Of a stretch of DNA of 64,000 nucleotides, positions 43,453 to 53,090 are shown one piece after another. Source of the DNA: Coleofasciculus sp. B1-GNL1-01 (GTDB lineage: Bacteria; Cyanobacteriota; Cyanobacteriia; Cyanobacteriales; Coleofasciculaceae); assembly GCA_040220235.1 (NCBI GenBank), contig JAVJTO010000163.1; one strand, 5' to 3'. The notes beneath the pieces are model-generated. The model had not been told where the DNA came from. It did not search any database and was given only the letters and a program-made list of their open reading frames with translations. The translations under genes and the position numbers were made by a program. The stretch's first letter is position 1. The number at the start of each line of letters is the position of its first letter.

Positions 43453-43719
43453 TTGTTTAAGTTGGTAGGGACAATAAACGTTAACGGCTGAGATCGTCAT
43501 TTGTCATTTGTCCTTAGTTTTATGTAAGGGTTTGAGGGTTATGTACAGAATTTACAGCCGATTTGGTAGGTTGATGAGGTACATAAGCGAGATCCCCGAC
43601 AACTCCCAAGAAGTCGGGGATCTGTCTGTGGTAATAGAGGTAGGTTTATTTCCACCAACCTACTTAATCTGAAGTCCCTCCTGTAGAAGACTACAACTCC
43701 GCTAATAAGGTTTTATGAG

Positions 43720-46248
43720 ATGAAAAATCTGTCACTTTTATTGTCTAAAGGAACTGATAGACTAGAAGTATTAGGAGAAAAAAATAGTTCTTATAAAGCA
43801 ATATTTACAGTTGCTTATACAGGAAAAACAAGAGCATTTTATATACAAACAAATGCTCCATTACAAACTAAATTTAATGATAATGATCAACGTCGAAGTT
43901 ATCAAGACTATTTAGTCAACCCCAGGCAAATTGTCGAATCAAAGGATTATCCTACCCTACATAGCAATCATACCTGGTTTGATGCACTTTACGCTCTAGC
44001 CATAGAAGAAGTTCGTCAATGTTCAGTGTCTGAGATTAAAGATAGTGCCTATTGTAATGGACAAGAGATTCCTGCACCTGAAGGCGGCTATTTTGAGACA
44101 GGCTTATTCTGGACTTATATTTGGACACGAGATATTTCCTATGCGGTGCATCTGAGTTTAGCTACGATTGATCCCATTCGCTGTTTAAATTCGTTGGACT
44201 TTAAACTCTCTGAAATTCGAGCAGGGGGTAATCAGCAAATTATACAAGATACGGGTACAGGAGGTAGTTATCCCATATCAAGCGATCGCGTGGTTTGGTC
44301 GTTTGGTTGTCAGGCTTTATTGCAACAACTTCAAAGTAAGACACGGAAAGACTTTGCCCGTTGTGCTTATGAAGCACTCAAAAATACAATTGAACAGGAT
44401 CGCCACGTCATTTTTGATTGCCAAGATGGGCTTTATCGCGGAGAACAGTCATTCTTAGATTGGCGAGAACAAAGTTATCCTGGCTGGGTGGCTGAAGATC
44501 CGGTAAAAATTGGTATGTCCAAAGCCCTTTCGACGAATTGCTGTCACTTTAATGCCTTACAGTTGGCGGCGTCTCTGGCTGGAGAATTTGGTCATAATTC
44601 TGAACAAATAAAATACAGCCAATGGGCGCAGGATTTAGGTCAAGCCATCCGCACTCACCTCTATTTACCAGACTCCAAACTCTATTCTACCTTTATCACG
44701 ACAACCTTTGCTCCAGGTGCTGCTCATCAATATGATTTATTAGGCAATGCTTTGGCTATTTTACTGGATATCGCTGAGGACACGCAAGCCGCTCAAATTG
44801 TTTCTAATTATCCCCATTTCCCCAAAGGGGCTGCGGTTATTTTTCCGCAACAAAAGGATACGCTCATTTATCATAACCAAGCCATTTGGCCCTTTGTTAC
44901 TGCCTATTGGCTGAGGGCAGCTAAAAAGGTCGGCAATGCTCAAGTTGTCACTCTGGGAATGAGTTCCTTAATTCGCGGTGCAGCTTTGAGTTTATCGAAC
45001 ATGGAAAACTTTGATGCTGTAAGTGGAAGGGTTGAACTAGAGACTGAACCCAAAGAACCTCCCGTAAATTCACCCCGCCAATTATGGTCAGTAGCCGGTT
45101 ATCTGTCGATGATCCATGACATTATTTTTGGACTCTCTTGGACAGATTCAGGGATACATATTGCTCCTTATATCACCCGTGAATTTCGTAACTCTCTTTT
45201 ACCTAAGTCAACTAAGTTAGTTCTCAATGAGTTTGCCTATAAATCCCATAAACTGAATATTACTGTTAATTTACCCCCTGTGAATGAACAGATGGAGGGT
45301 GCTTATCCAGTTGGAGAGATTCGTCTCAATGGACAAATAGTAACCTCTGAAATTACGGATGCAATGCTTGATAAAAGTAATGTCATCGAGGTGGATTTAG
45401 TCGCAGCATATTCAAAACATCATCCGATTAATATCATTAGTAACCTAGAAGATTATAGATATAGGTTTGCACCTCGATTCCCGATCATTGAATCTATCAC
45501 GGCTATAGAGAACCAATTAGAGATTAAATTTAATCTGAATGGCGAAAATCCAGATGAAGTTACGGTTAATATTTATCGAGATGGACAATTAGTGGCTAGG
45601 GGACTCTCCGGTCATCTGACAACTTGGCGAGATCAAAATAGTGAGGGAAGGCGATCGCCTAGCTATTGTTATAATCTGGAAACGATTTACACCAACACAG
45701 GCACAATATCTCAACGTTCTCATCCCTGCTGTTATTGGGGGGCTAATAATCATCGTATTTATTCTATTAACGCTGACCAATTTTCCGCGATCGGGGGTCA
45801 ACTTTCTGAACGCCATGGTAGACAACATTTTGAAAATTGGGGCGAACCTGAACATCAGATTACGGTTCAGATTAAAGCTCAGTTTAGTGGCGCTCACGCG
45901 ATTCAGGTGGTTGCCGGAAATGGCGCCGGCTCGATCAATACAGGGATCACTTGTGGGGTTAAACATTTGCAAATGACGAATTTACAAACTAATCAAGTGG
46001 TGGCAGATGGTTATCTAATCATGCCCCATCTTGGCAGTTGGGATCGTTGGTTAGAGTCTTCTGTCATTTTTACTCAAGTAGACTTAATCGCTAACCAGAA
46101 TTACGAAATCAAGATTTTTGGCGATGAGCAAGCCATTAACATGTCAAGTTTTGCCCATAATGCCAACTATACAGGAGGTAATGGGGGACATTCAGGAACT
46201 TACAATTATGTGAATATCGCTCAAATTAAATTAGCGGCGTTATCGTGA
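43720..46248 (+). CDS. (alpha/alpha)6 glycoside hydrolase (amylo-alpha-1,6-glucosidase-like) with C-terminal beta-sandwich domains
   Basis: WTRDISY, QDTGTGGSYPISSDRVVW, GEQSFLDWREQ, YHNQAIWPFV, NMEN and QLWSVAG motifs. Confidence 0.75.
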   Translation: MKNLSLLLSKGTDRLEVLGEKNSSYKAIFTVAYTGKTRAFYIQTNAPLQTKFNDNDQRRSYQDYLVNPRQIVESKDYPTLHSNHTWFDALYALAIEEVRQCSVSEIKDSAYCNGQEIPAPEGGYFETGLFWTYIWTRDISYAVHLSLATIDPIRCLNSLDFKLSEIRAGGNQQIIQDTGTGGSYPISSDRVVWSFGCQALLQQLQSKTRKDFARCAYEALKNTIEQDRHVIFDCQDGLYRGEQSFLDWREQSYPGWVAEDPVKIGMSKALSTNCCHFNALQLAASLAGEFGHNSEQIKYSQWAQDLGQAIRTHLYLPDSKLYSTFITTTFAPGAAHQYDLLGNALAILLDIAEDTQAAQIVSNYPHFPKGAAVIFPQQKDTLIYHNQAIWPFVTAYWLRAAKKVGNAQVVTLGMSSLIRGAALSLSNMENFDAVSGRVELETEPKEPPVNSPRQLWSVAGYLSMIHDIIFGLSWTDSGIHIAPYITREFRNSLLPKSTKLVLNEFAYKSHKLNITVNLPPVNEQMEGAYPVGEIRLNGQIVTSEITDAMLDKSNVIEVDLVAAYSKHHPINIISNLEDYRYRFAPRFPIIESITAIENQLEIKFNLNGENPDEVTVNIYRDGQLVARGLSGHLTTWRDQNSEGRRSPSYCYNLETIYTNTGTISQRSHPCCYWGANNHRIYSINADQFSAIGGQLSERHGRQHFENWGEPEHQITVQIKAQFSGAHAIQVVAGNGAGSINTGITCGVKHLQMTNLQTNQVVADGYLIMPHLGSWDRWLESSVIFTQVDLIANQNYEIKIFGDEQAINMSSFAHNANYTGGNGGHSGTYNYVNIAQIKLAALS

Positions 46249-46456
46249 GGTACATAGACAGATCCCCGACTTCTTGGAGAAGTCGGGGATCTTGCTTAGG
46301 CACTTGTTCAGTCGAAAATGCCTGAAAGTATTGTCTGGTATACCTTATATATTCATTCAGCCCGCCCTAAGTAGGGGCAGGAATAGGAAATTAATGATAA
46401 AGTTTTCTCAAAACCCACCCCGCCTACGTGAGAGAGTGTTCAGTTTTGAGTGACTT

Positions 46457-47872
46457 ATGAGCGATCAATCCAGTGCCGGATATCGAATCGAACAGGATTC
46501 TATGGGGGAACGCGAAATCCCCAGCGACGCCTACTACGGGATTCAAACCCTACGGGCAATTGAAAACTTTCCGATCAGCGGGATTAAACCCTTACCCACC
46601 TACATAGACGCCTGTGTGCTGATCAAAAAAGCCACCGCGATCGCGAATGGTAATCTAGGCTGTATTCCCCAAGAGATTAGCCAAGCGATTGTCCAAGCGG
46701 CGGACGAAATCCTCAAAGGGCAATGGCGGGATCAATTTGTCGTCGATGTTTACCAAGCGGGTGCTGGCACATCCCACCACATGAATATTAACGAGGTGCT
46801 GGCAAATCGGGCATTGGAAATCCTGGGCGATGAGAAGGGAAACTATAAACGGGTTAGTCCCAATGATCACGTCAACTATGGACAATCCACCAATGATGTC
46901 ATCCCCACAGCGATTAGAATCGGGGCGCTGTTGGCGTTAGAACATACCTTGTATCCAGCCCTATCCGATGCGATTACCGCCCTGGATAATAAAGGCGATG
47001 AATTCCAAGATGTAGTTAAATCCGGCAGAACCCATCTCCAAGACGCCGTACCTGTGCGCCTAGGGGAAGACTTTCGGGCGTGGGCGCAAATTCTCACCGA
47101 TCATACCACTCGGATTGAACGAGCCTCAGAAGACTTAATGGTACTGGGATTAGGCGGAAGTGCAACGGGAACGGGATTAAACACCCATCCCGACTATCGC
47201 CATCAGGTTGCCCAAATTCTTGCCCAACTGGTGGATCAACCCCTCAAATCTGCCCCCCATCTCATGGCGGCGATGCAGAGTATGGCACCATTTGTGAATG
47301 TATCGGGCAGTTTACGCAATTTGGCACAGGATTTGGTCAAAATTTCCCATGACTTGCGGCTAATGGATTCGGGACCCAAAACCGGATTCAAGGAAATTCA
47401 ACTTCCCCCCGTGCAACCGGGATCATCGATTATGCCAGGAAAATATAATCCGGTGATGGCGGAAATGACCTCTATGGTATGCTTTCAGGTGATGGGGTAT
47501 GACAGCGCGATCGCTCTAGCGGCTCAAGCGGGTCAATTGGAGTTGAATGTGATGATGCCGCTGATTGCCTATAATCTGATTCACAGTATTGAAATTCTTG
47601 GCAATACCCTATCTGCCTTAACCCAAAAATGTATCACGGGAATCACAGCCCGACGCGATCGCTGTTTAAACTACGCCGAAGGAAGTCTAGCATTAGTCAC
47701 CGCCCTGAATCCCCACATCGGTTATCTCAACGCGGCGGCTGTCGCCAAGGAATCTCTGGAAACAGGCAAATCGCTACGAGAAATCGTACTCGATAAAGGA
47801 TTGATGAGTGCTGAGGACTTAGCCAAGGTACTCGATCTTGATAAAATGAGTGCCTTGTCGTCTAACGAATGA
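46457..47872 (+). CDS. aspA: Aspartate ammonia-lyase (fumarase/aspartase superfamily)
   Basis: GAGTSHHMN, GRTHLQDA, GSSIMPGKYNP and GQLELNV motifs. Confidence 0.8.
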   Translation: MSDQSSAGYRIEQDSMGEREIPSDAYYGIQTLRAIENFPISGIKPLPTYIDACVLIKKATAIANGNLGCIPQEISQAIVQAADEILKGQWRDQFVVDVYQAGAGTSHHMNINEVLANRALEILGDEKGNYKRVSPNDHVNYGQSTNDVIPTAIRIGALLALEHTLYPALSDAITALDNKGDEFQDVVKSGRTHLQDAVPVRLGEDFRAWAQILTDHTTRIERASEDLMVLGLGGSATGTGLNTHPDYRHQVAQILAQLVDQPLKSAPHLMAAMQSMAPFVNVSGSLRNLAQDLVKISHDLRLMDSGPKTGFKEIQLPPVQPGSSIMPGKYNPVMAEMTSMVCFQVMGYDSAIALAAQAGQLELNVMMPLIAYNLIHSIEILGNTLSALTQKCITGITARRDRCLNYAEGSLALVTALNPHIGYLNAAAVAKESLETGKSLREIVLDKGLMSAEDLAKVLDLDKMSALSSNE

Positions 47873-47906
47873 CAAAGGACGAATGACGAATGACAAAGGA
47901 CTAACC

Positions 47907-48188
47907 ATGCAAAGTCAAGATAGTTTTACCCAAATCACCTTGCATTACATCAATGGCGAAACCGAATCCTTTGATATTCCGGTGACACCAGAAGCCTTTA
48001 GCGAACAACTTGCCAATTTCCTCAGTCAACCTTTGTTAACCCTGCATCTGTTCGATCAAACGGTGACGATTCTGACGGCTCAAATTGTCAAAATTGAAAT
48101 AACACCCCAGCTTTCTCAACTGGAAGGGGATGGGGTTTTCTTCGATTGTCAACGAGTCACAGCTTTGTCCCGTGGTGCGAAAGTCTAA
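47907..48188 (+). CDS. Hypothetical protein
   Basis: ATG after an AAGGA RBS; ORF between aspA and the DUF362 gene. Confidence 0.7.
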   Translation: MQSQDSFTQITLHYINGETESFDIPVTPEAFSEQLANFLSQPLLTLHLFDQTVTILTAQIVKIEITPQLSQLEGDGVFFDCQRVTALSRGAKV

Positions 48189-48216
48189 GATAAACTAAAG
48201 CTATTTCACAATACCT

Positions 48217-49176
48217 ATGTCTAGCGTTAGTTTAATTCGGGCAGAGTCCTATAACCGACAGCCATTGAGAACCGCCGTAGAAACCTTGCTGGAACCGTTG
48301 GGCGGGATTAGGGCATTTGTCAAAGCAGGCGATCGCGTCCTCCTCAAGCCTAATCTGCTGACGGCTGGACGTCCGGGAAAAGAATGCATTACTCGCCCCG
48401 AACTGGTTTATACTGTCGCCCAATTGGTCAAGGAAGCGGGGGGTCAACCGTTTCTGGGTGATAGTCCCGCCTTTGGTACAGCTAAAGGGGTAGCACAGGC
48501 GAATGGCTATTTGCCGATGATAGACCAACTGAATATTCCCATTGTCGAATTCCATGGTCAGCGTTATCAAACGGTTAGCCATACCTTTAACCACCTGCGC
48601 CTGTGTAAAGAAGCGATGGATGCGGATGTGGTGATTAATTTACCCAAGCTGAAGTCTCACACTCAGTTAACCTTGACGCTGGGGGTTAAGAACCTATTTG
48701 GCTGTGTTCCTGGTAAAATGAAAGCCTGGTGGCACGCTGAAGCAGGTAAAGATGCCCTACGGTTTGGGGAAATGTTAGTGGAAACGGCGCGGGCAATTGA
48801 TCCCAGCTTGACGATTTTGGATGCGATCATCGCTCATGAGGGAAATGGTCCGAGTGGGGGTGAACCCCGGCGCTTGGATACCCTAGCGGCGTCGGCGGAT
48901 GTCTTTGCGTTGGATTGTGCGATCGCGAATTTACTCAATGTCGATCCGACTCAAGTCCCCACTCTAGCCGCCGCGATGAACTTAGGGTTAAATCCAACTC
49001 TGGATACCCTGGATTTTCCTCACCTGCACCCAGCCGATACCAATGTACTCGATTGGAAGCTACCGGATCGGTTAATGCCAATTGATTTTGGAATGCCTCG
49101 CCTGATTCGCTCTACATTTAAGCATTTTTACATCCGGTGGATCAAAGAGCCAATGGGCGTGTATGCTCATCGCTAA
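48217..49176 (+). CDS. DUF362 domain protein
   Basis: VLLKPNLL, INLPKLKSH..KNLFG and EGNGPSGG motifs. Confidence 0.9.
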   Translation: MSSVSLIRAESYNRQPLRTAVETLLEPLGGIRAFVKAGDRVLLKPNLLTAGRPGKECITRPELVYTVAQLVKEAGGQPFLGDSPAFGTAKGVAQANGYLPMIDQLNIPIVEFHGQRYQTVSHTFNHLRLCKEAMDADVVINLPKLKSHTQLTLTLGVKNLFGCVPGKMKAWWHAEAGKDALRFGEMLVETARAIDPSLTILDAIIAHEGNGPSGGEPRRLDTLAASADVFALDCAIANLLNVDPTQVPTLAAAMNLGLNPTLDTLDFPHLHPADTNVLDWKLPDRLMPIDFGMPRLIRSTFKHFYIRWIKEPMGVYAHR

Positions 49177-49241
49177 TGTGATAATTGTCATATCATTTTT
49201 GAGCAAAATTTAACATTTAAAACTCAAAAAGGAATTATTTG

Positions 49242-49284
49242 GTAAACATTGTTACAGTCCCCCAAGAAGGAAAGAACGTAATCT
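49242..49284 (+). promoter_or_regulatory. NtcA-activated promoter
   Basis: GTAaacattgtTAC (49242-49255), a 23-nt spacer, then -10 TAATCT (49279-49284). Confidence 0.75.
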
Positions 49285-49289
49285 AATAC

Positions 49290-49338
49290 TACCCTCCGAT
49301 TGCTTAATTCCACCGCCTAGTGTTAGAGGCGGTTTTTT
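49290..49338 (+). ncRNA. nsiR4: NsiR4-like nitrogen-stress sRNA (short form)
   Basis: Core ACCCTCCGATTGC (recalled NsiR4 motif) directly after the NtcA promoter; terminator accgcct..aggcggt followed by T6. Confidence 0.75.
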
Positions 49339-49476
49339 GTATTTTTTTACCTAAAATTAGAAGAGGTTGGGTTGTTACGTTAGGGTCAGAAACTTCGGCT
49401 AGGATTCACGAGGACTCCCGTCAATCTGTCTAAAGTCAGTTGTTTGGAGCCGATAGATGTCCTAATTAATAAAGTA

Positions 49477-49830
49477 TAAGCTGTTTGGCATTTAAACCTT
49501 ATTGTCAATAATGGCGAAATCCTTGTGGTACAACCATCTTGGTCACTGCCTATAGCACTTCTCAATTGGGTGCAATACATACTGGTAGAGGCAGGGTGTG
49601 GGGTGTAGGGTGTAGGGTGTAGTGCTTTCAAATGAGAACCGCTATATTCCCAATTTAAATGCATAACAGCTTACCTTATTGCTTATTGCCTATTGCCTAT
49701 TGCGTAGCGCTATAAGTAGCTGGACATAAATTATGTCCGCTATCCTAAGAAATGTTAACAAGCCGCTCAATCCTTACTGTTCCCTGTTCCTTGCTTATCG
49801 CAACCGTTAAGTTTAATTATGTCCGCCTAC
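49477..49830. mobile_element. Nested MITE cluster
   Basis: TAAGCTG..CAGCTTA element 49477-49673 containing a TATAGC..GCTATA element; further TIR-like elements follow. Confidence 0.7.
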
Positions 49831-49971
49831 TGAGGGTAAGATTTTAGGAAAATTGTTTAGTGGAAAACAATTCTTGAGAAAAAAACTTGTTAAAATAGAC
49901 AAGGTATGGTCTATAGTATAGCCCATCAGATAAATTCTCAATTGACTCAAGTTCTGATCACAACCTAATTT

Positions 49972-50175
49972 ATGGAATCCAGCGGCTCGTCTGCCAAGAC
50001 TTCTGAACCCCATCCTCATAGGTGGGCAGAAATTATAGGTGCGGTAATGGCTTTTTTAACTCTGACCTTACCTTTCTTAGCCATTGCTTATTACTCGTCT
50101 GGCAGCTTGGATGTTTTGCCGACAACACCCTACTCACTGCCAAGGTCAGAAATAAACAATTGGCAAAATTCTTAA
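49972..50175 (+). CDS. Small single-TM hypothetical protein
   Basis: WAEIIGAVMAFLTLTLPFLAIAYYS hydrophobic helix. Confidence 0.65.
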   Translation: MESSGSSAKTSEPHPHRWAEIIGAVMAFLTLTLPFLAIAYYSSGSLDVLPTTPYSLPRSEINNWQNS

Positions 50176-50480
50176 ATAACAAAATAACGATGAAATAATT
50201 AACAAACAAGGAATGGCGGATACCAAATCCGAGTTGGTGGGATAAATCCGATCATGTCCACCTAAAGCATCATCTGAGATTTTGGCGCACGGCTAATAGA
50301 TACCAAATATCCCCTGTGGTACTTGGTATCACGGAAGGTTTGGGACAGTCCCAGCAACGTTGTATAACAGAAAAGGCACAGGTCAAAAATCAAAGCGAAC
50401 CGCTACCTGTGCTGGCTTGACCTTGACAATCTTGGATAGTTAGGTCATCCCATCTGCTGTGTCGCTTACACGATTTAGTC

Positions 50481-51002
50481 ATGGATTTATCACGCATTGT
50501 AAGTCAACCCAAACCGGGACTGATCAACGTTTTAATTGAAATCCCAGCCGGGAGTAAAAACAAGTACGAGTACGACAAAGATTTACAGGCTTTTGCCCTT
50601 GATCGAGTCTTATATTCCTCGGTGCAATATCCTTATGATTACGGCTTTATCCCAAACACCTTAGCTGATGACGGCGACCCCCTTGATGGTATGGTGATGA
50701 TGGATCAGCCAACGTTTCCAGGTTGTGTGATTACCGCCCGTCCCATTGGTATGCTGGAGATGATTGACTCAGGCGATCGCGACGAGAAAATCCTCTGTGT
50801 TCCTGACAAAGATCCACGCTATGCTCAAGTGAAATCCCTGAAAGATGTTGCCGAGCATCGGTTGGATGAAATTTCTGAATTTTTCAGGACGTACAAAAAT
50901 CTGGAGAAAAAAGTCACGGAAATTCTAGGCTGGAAGGATATCAAGGAGGTTATGCCACTGGTTGAGAAGTGTGTCGCCGCCGGGGAGAAGACTGGCAGAT
51001 AG
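50481..51002 (+). CDS. ppa: Inorganic pyrophosphatase
   Basis: [21 protein letters not shown] and DEKI motifs. Confidence 0.97.
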   Translation: MDLSRIVSQPKPGLINVLIEIPAGSKNKYEYDKDLQAFALDRVLYSSVQYPYDYGFIPNTLADDGDPLDGMVMMDQPTFPGCVITARPIGMLEMIDSGDRDEKILCVPDKDPRYAQVKSLKDVAEHRLDEISEFFRTYKNLEKKVTEILGWKDIKEVMPLVEKCVAAGEKTGR

Positions 51003-51044
51003 TCCAGTAGCCTCAGTAGGGGTTTGGTAACCCAACCCCTACTC

Positions 51045-51314
51045 CTGAAGGGGTGACAAGCTCGCGTCGAAGGTAGGCAGGGTATGGGGTGTGGGGTATG
51101 GGGTGTGGGGAAAATCGGTAAGAAACACAAAAGCCCATAACATAACATAAGAGGAGATAGGGTAAGGAGCAAGCGCTCTCCAGGCGAGCCAACGAATAAA
51201 CAATAGAGTTTTTGGTGACTCCCTGAGTAAAGTTCAATTTTTCCCGACACCCTAAACCCGACACCCGACACCCGACACCCAGTAGTACCCTCAAGTCCCT
51301 TGTCACCCCCTCAG
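51045..51314. mobile_element. 270-bp MITE
   Basis: 16-bp TIRs CTGAAGGGGTGACAAG / CTTGTCACCCCCTCAG with CTC on both sides; a copy of the left ~65 bp lies at 5960. Confidence 0.8.
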
Positions 51315-51624
51315 CTCCTACTTATTGCTTTTTGTGACAGAACTCACAAGTCAAGTCCACCAAGCACGCTAAAATTAACAGACTTGAGAGAAACTTCCTG
51401 ATCGGAATCAGGGTGCTAGAAAATTCAACCTAGGGGAAAGCTATAAATTCATCCTTGTTTTTGACAAGCTCTCCCAACCAAATTTCCTTTAAAAATACCT
51501 ACTTTGCCCTCTTGGACACAAAAGCCTTAGCGACTATCTCACCGAAAGTACCCTTATCTGAGTATCATATAGTGGAAATTGCTTGGTGTGAAGCTTGGCT
51601 AAGGGCAGCTCACTTAATTGAACG

Positions 51625-52533
51625 ATGCCAGATTCTGATCCAGCGTCACCCAGTCCCCGCACATCTAATGTTATAGCCAACATGGTAACTGGCCCTACCG
51701 TCAATTTTGTTGTCCAATTTTGGGGCGTTCGAGGTAAAGTTTCGGCTCCAGGAAAAGAAACGGTACGCTATGGTGGCAATACCTCCTGTGTAGAAATGCG
51801 TGTCGGTTCCAAACGCCTAATTTTTGATGGGGGGAGTGGTTTGCGACTTCTCGGCAACCATTTACTCCGTCAAATGCCCCTAGAAGCTTACCTCTTCTTC
51901 ACCCACTGCCACTGGGACAGCATTCAAGGTTTTCCATTTTTTACACCTGCCTTTATTCCCGGCAATTGTTTCCACATCTATGGTGCAAGGGCGACTAACG
52001 GAGACTCAATCGAAAAGCGCTTAGGGCGACAAATGTTAGCGCCGAATTTCCCCGTTCCCCTCCAGGTCATGCAATCGGAGCTAAAATTTTACGAACTGGG
52101 TTCGGGGGATAAAATCACCGTGGATGATTTGGTCGTTGAAGCCGTCTTACTGAACGCTGCATCCCACTCAATGGGCTACCGAGTCACCTGGAACGGTCAT
52201 TCTGCCGTCTACGCGATCGCTCACTCCCAATCGCCGGATCAACTGGATCAAAATTTGTTGCACTTAGCCCGCCATGCTGACTTGCTCATTTTGGATGCTC
52301 CCTGTAATATTCGTGCAGATGATTCTCTAAAACCTTCGCCTTTAGACTGGCAAGACCAACTCTGGCAAACCGGTTTAGCTACAGCTAAAGCCGCAGGAGT
52401 TAAACGAATTGTGATGTCTCACTACCATCCTGACCATGATGATGAGTTTCTTGACTGGATGGAATCCCAAGTGAAATCGGTCTTTCCCAATGACGTACTG
52501 GCTCGTGAGGGTATGGTTATACCAGTCTGTTAA
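51625..52533 (+). CDS. MBL-fold metallo-hydrolase homolog with degenerate metal site
   Basis: FWGVRG..YGGNTSC, FDGGSG, THCHWDS and AREGM motifs. Confidence 0.85.
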   Translation: MPDSDPASPSPRTSNVIANMVTGPTVNFVVQFWGVRGKVSAPGKETVRYGGNTSCVEMRVGSKRLIFDGGSGLRLLGNHLLRQMPLEAYLFFTHCHWDSIQGFPFFTPAFIPGNCFHIYGARATNGDSIEKRLGRQMLAPNFPVPLQVMQSELKFYELGSGDKITVDDLVVEAVLLNAASHSMGYRVTWNGHSAVYAIAHSQSPDQLDQNLLHLARHADLLILDAPCNIRADDSLKPSPLDWQDQLWQTGLATAKAAGVKRIVMSHYHPDHDDEFLDWMESQVKSVFPNDVLAREGMVIPVC

Positions 52534-53090
52534 TCGGAGAGGTTTTGACATATTACCTAAAGTAATTTATATTAACATAATTTATTGGGATTTGAGGCAG
52601 GACGCACTCACTCAAATCTCCCATTGGTGTTATCACCAAACAAGATAAGAAAATTAAAGCGTACTGAAAAAGTAACGGAGTAGTTCACGAATCAAACGCT
52701 TCATCACATCAGGGGCTTAACAGTAAATAGTAGGCTGATATCGCCAAGCGAGTCGCTTTAGATCAGTAAGTTGGTGGAAATAACCCCAACGGGGTTAACG
52801 TTTGTAAACATTCCTCAAATCCTTACATAACGTAGCTTGCTTCTCGCTCAAGCGAGTATGACTATCGCCGCCGTTAACTTTGATTTTTCCCACCTACTTA
52901 GTCGTACCACTCCGCTAAAGTCGTCAGTCTCCTAGGGTGTTACGACAGGAGCGAGACGATTAATGAAAATAGGTGTAGAATCTTTGCCATGCCTGACTAC
53001 TCGTGGTCGATCAAAAAGATGACTATATTCATGATCAGCGATAATTGTCTCACCCTGGTTCTCGATAATTAGCCTCTTTATTTTTGATAA

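Noticed and set aside
50825..51306. ORFs of 148 and 97 aa on the - strand
   Set aside because: Translations of the MITE heptamers and the ppa antisense strand.
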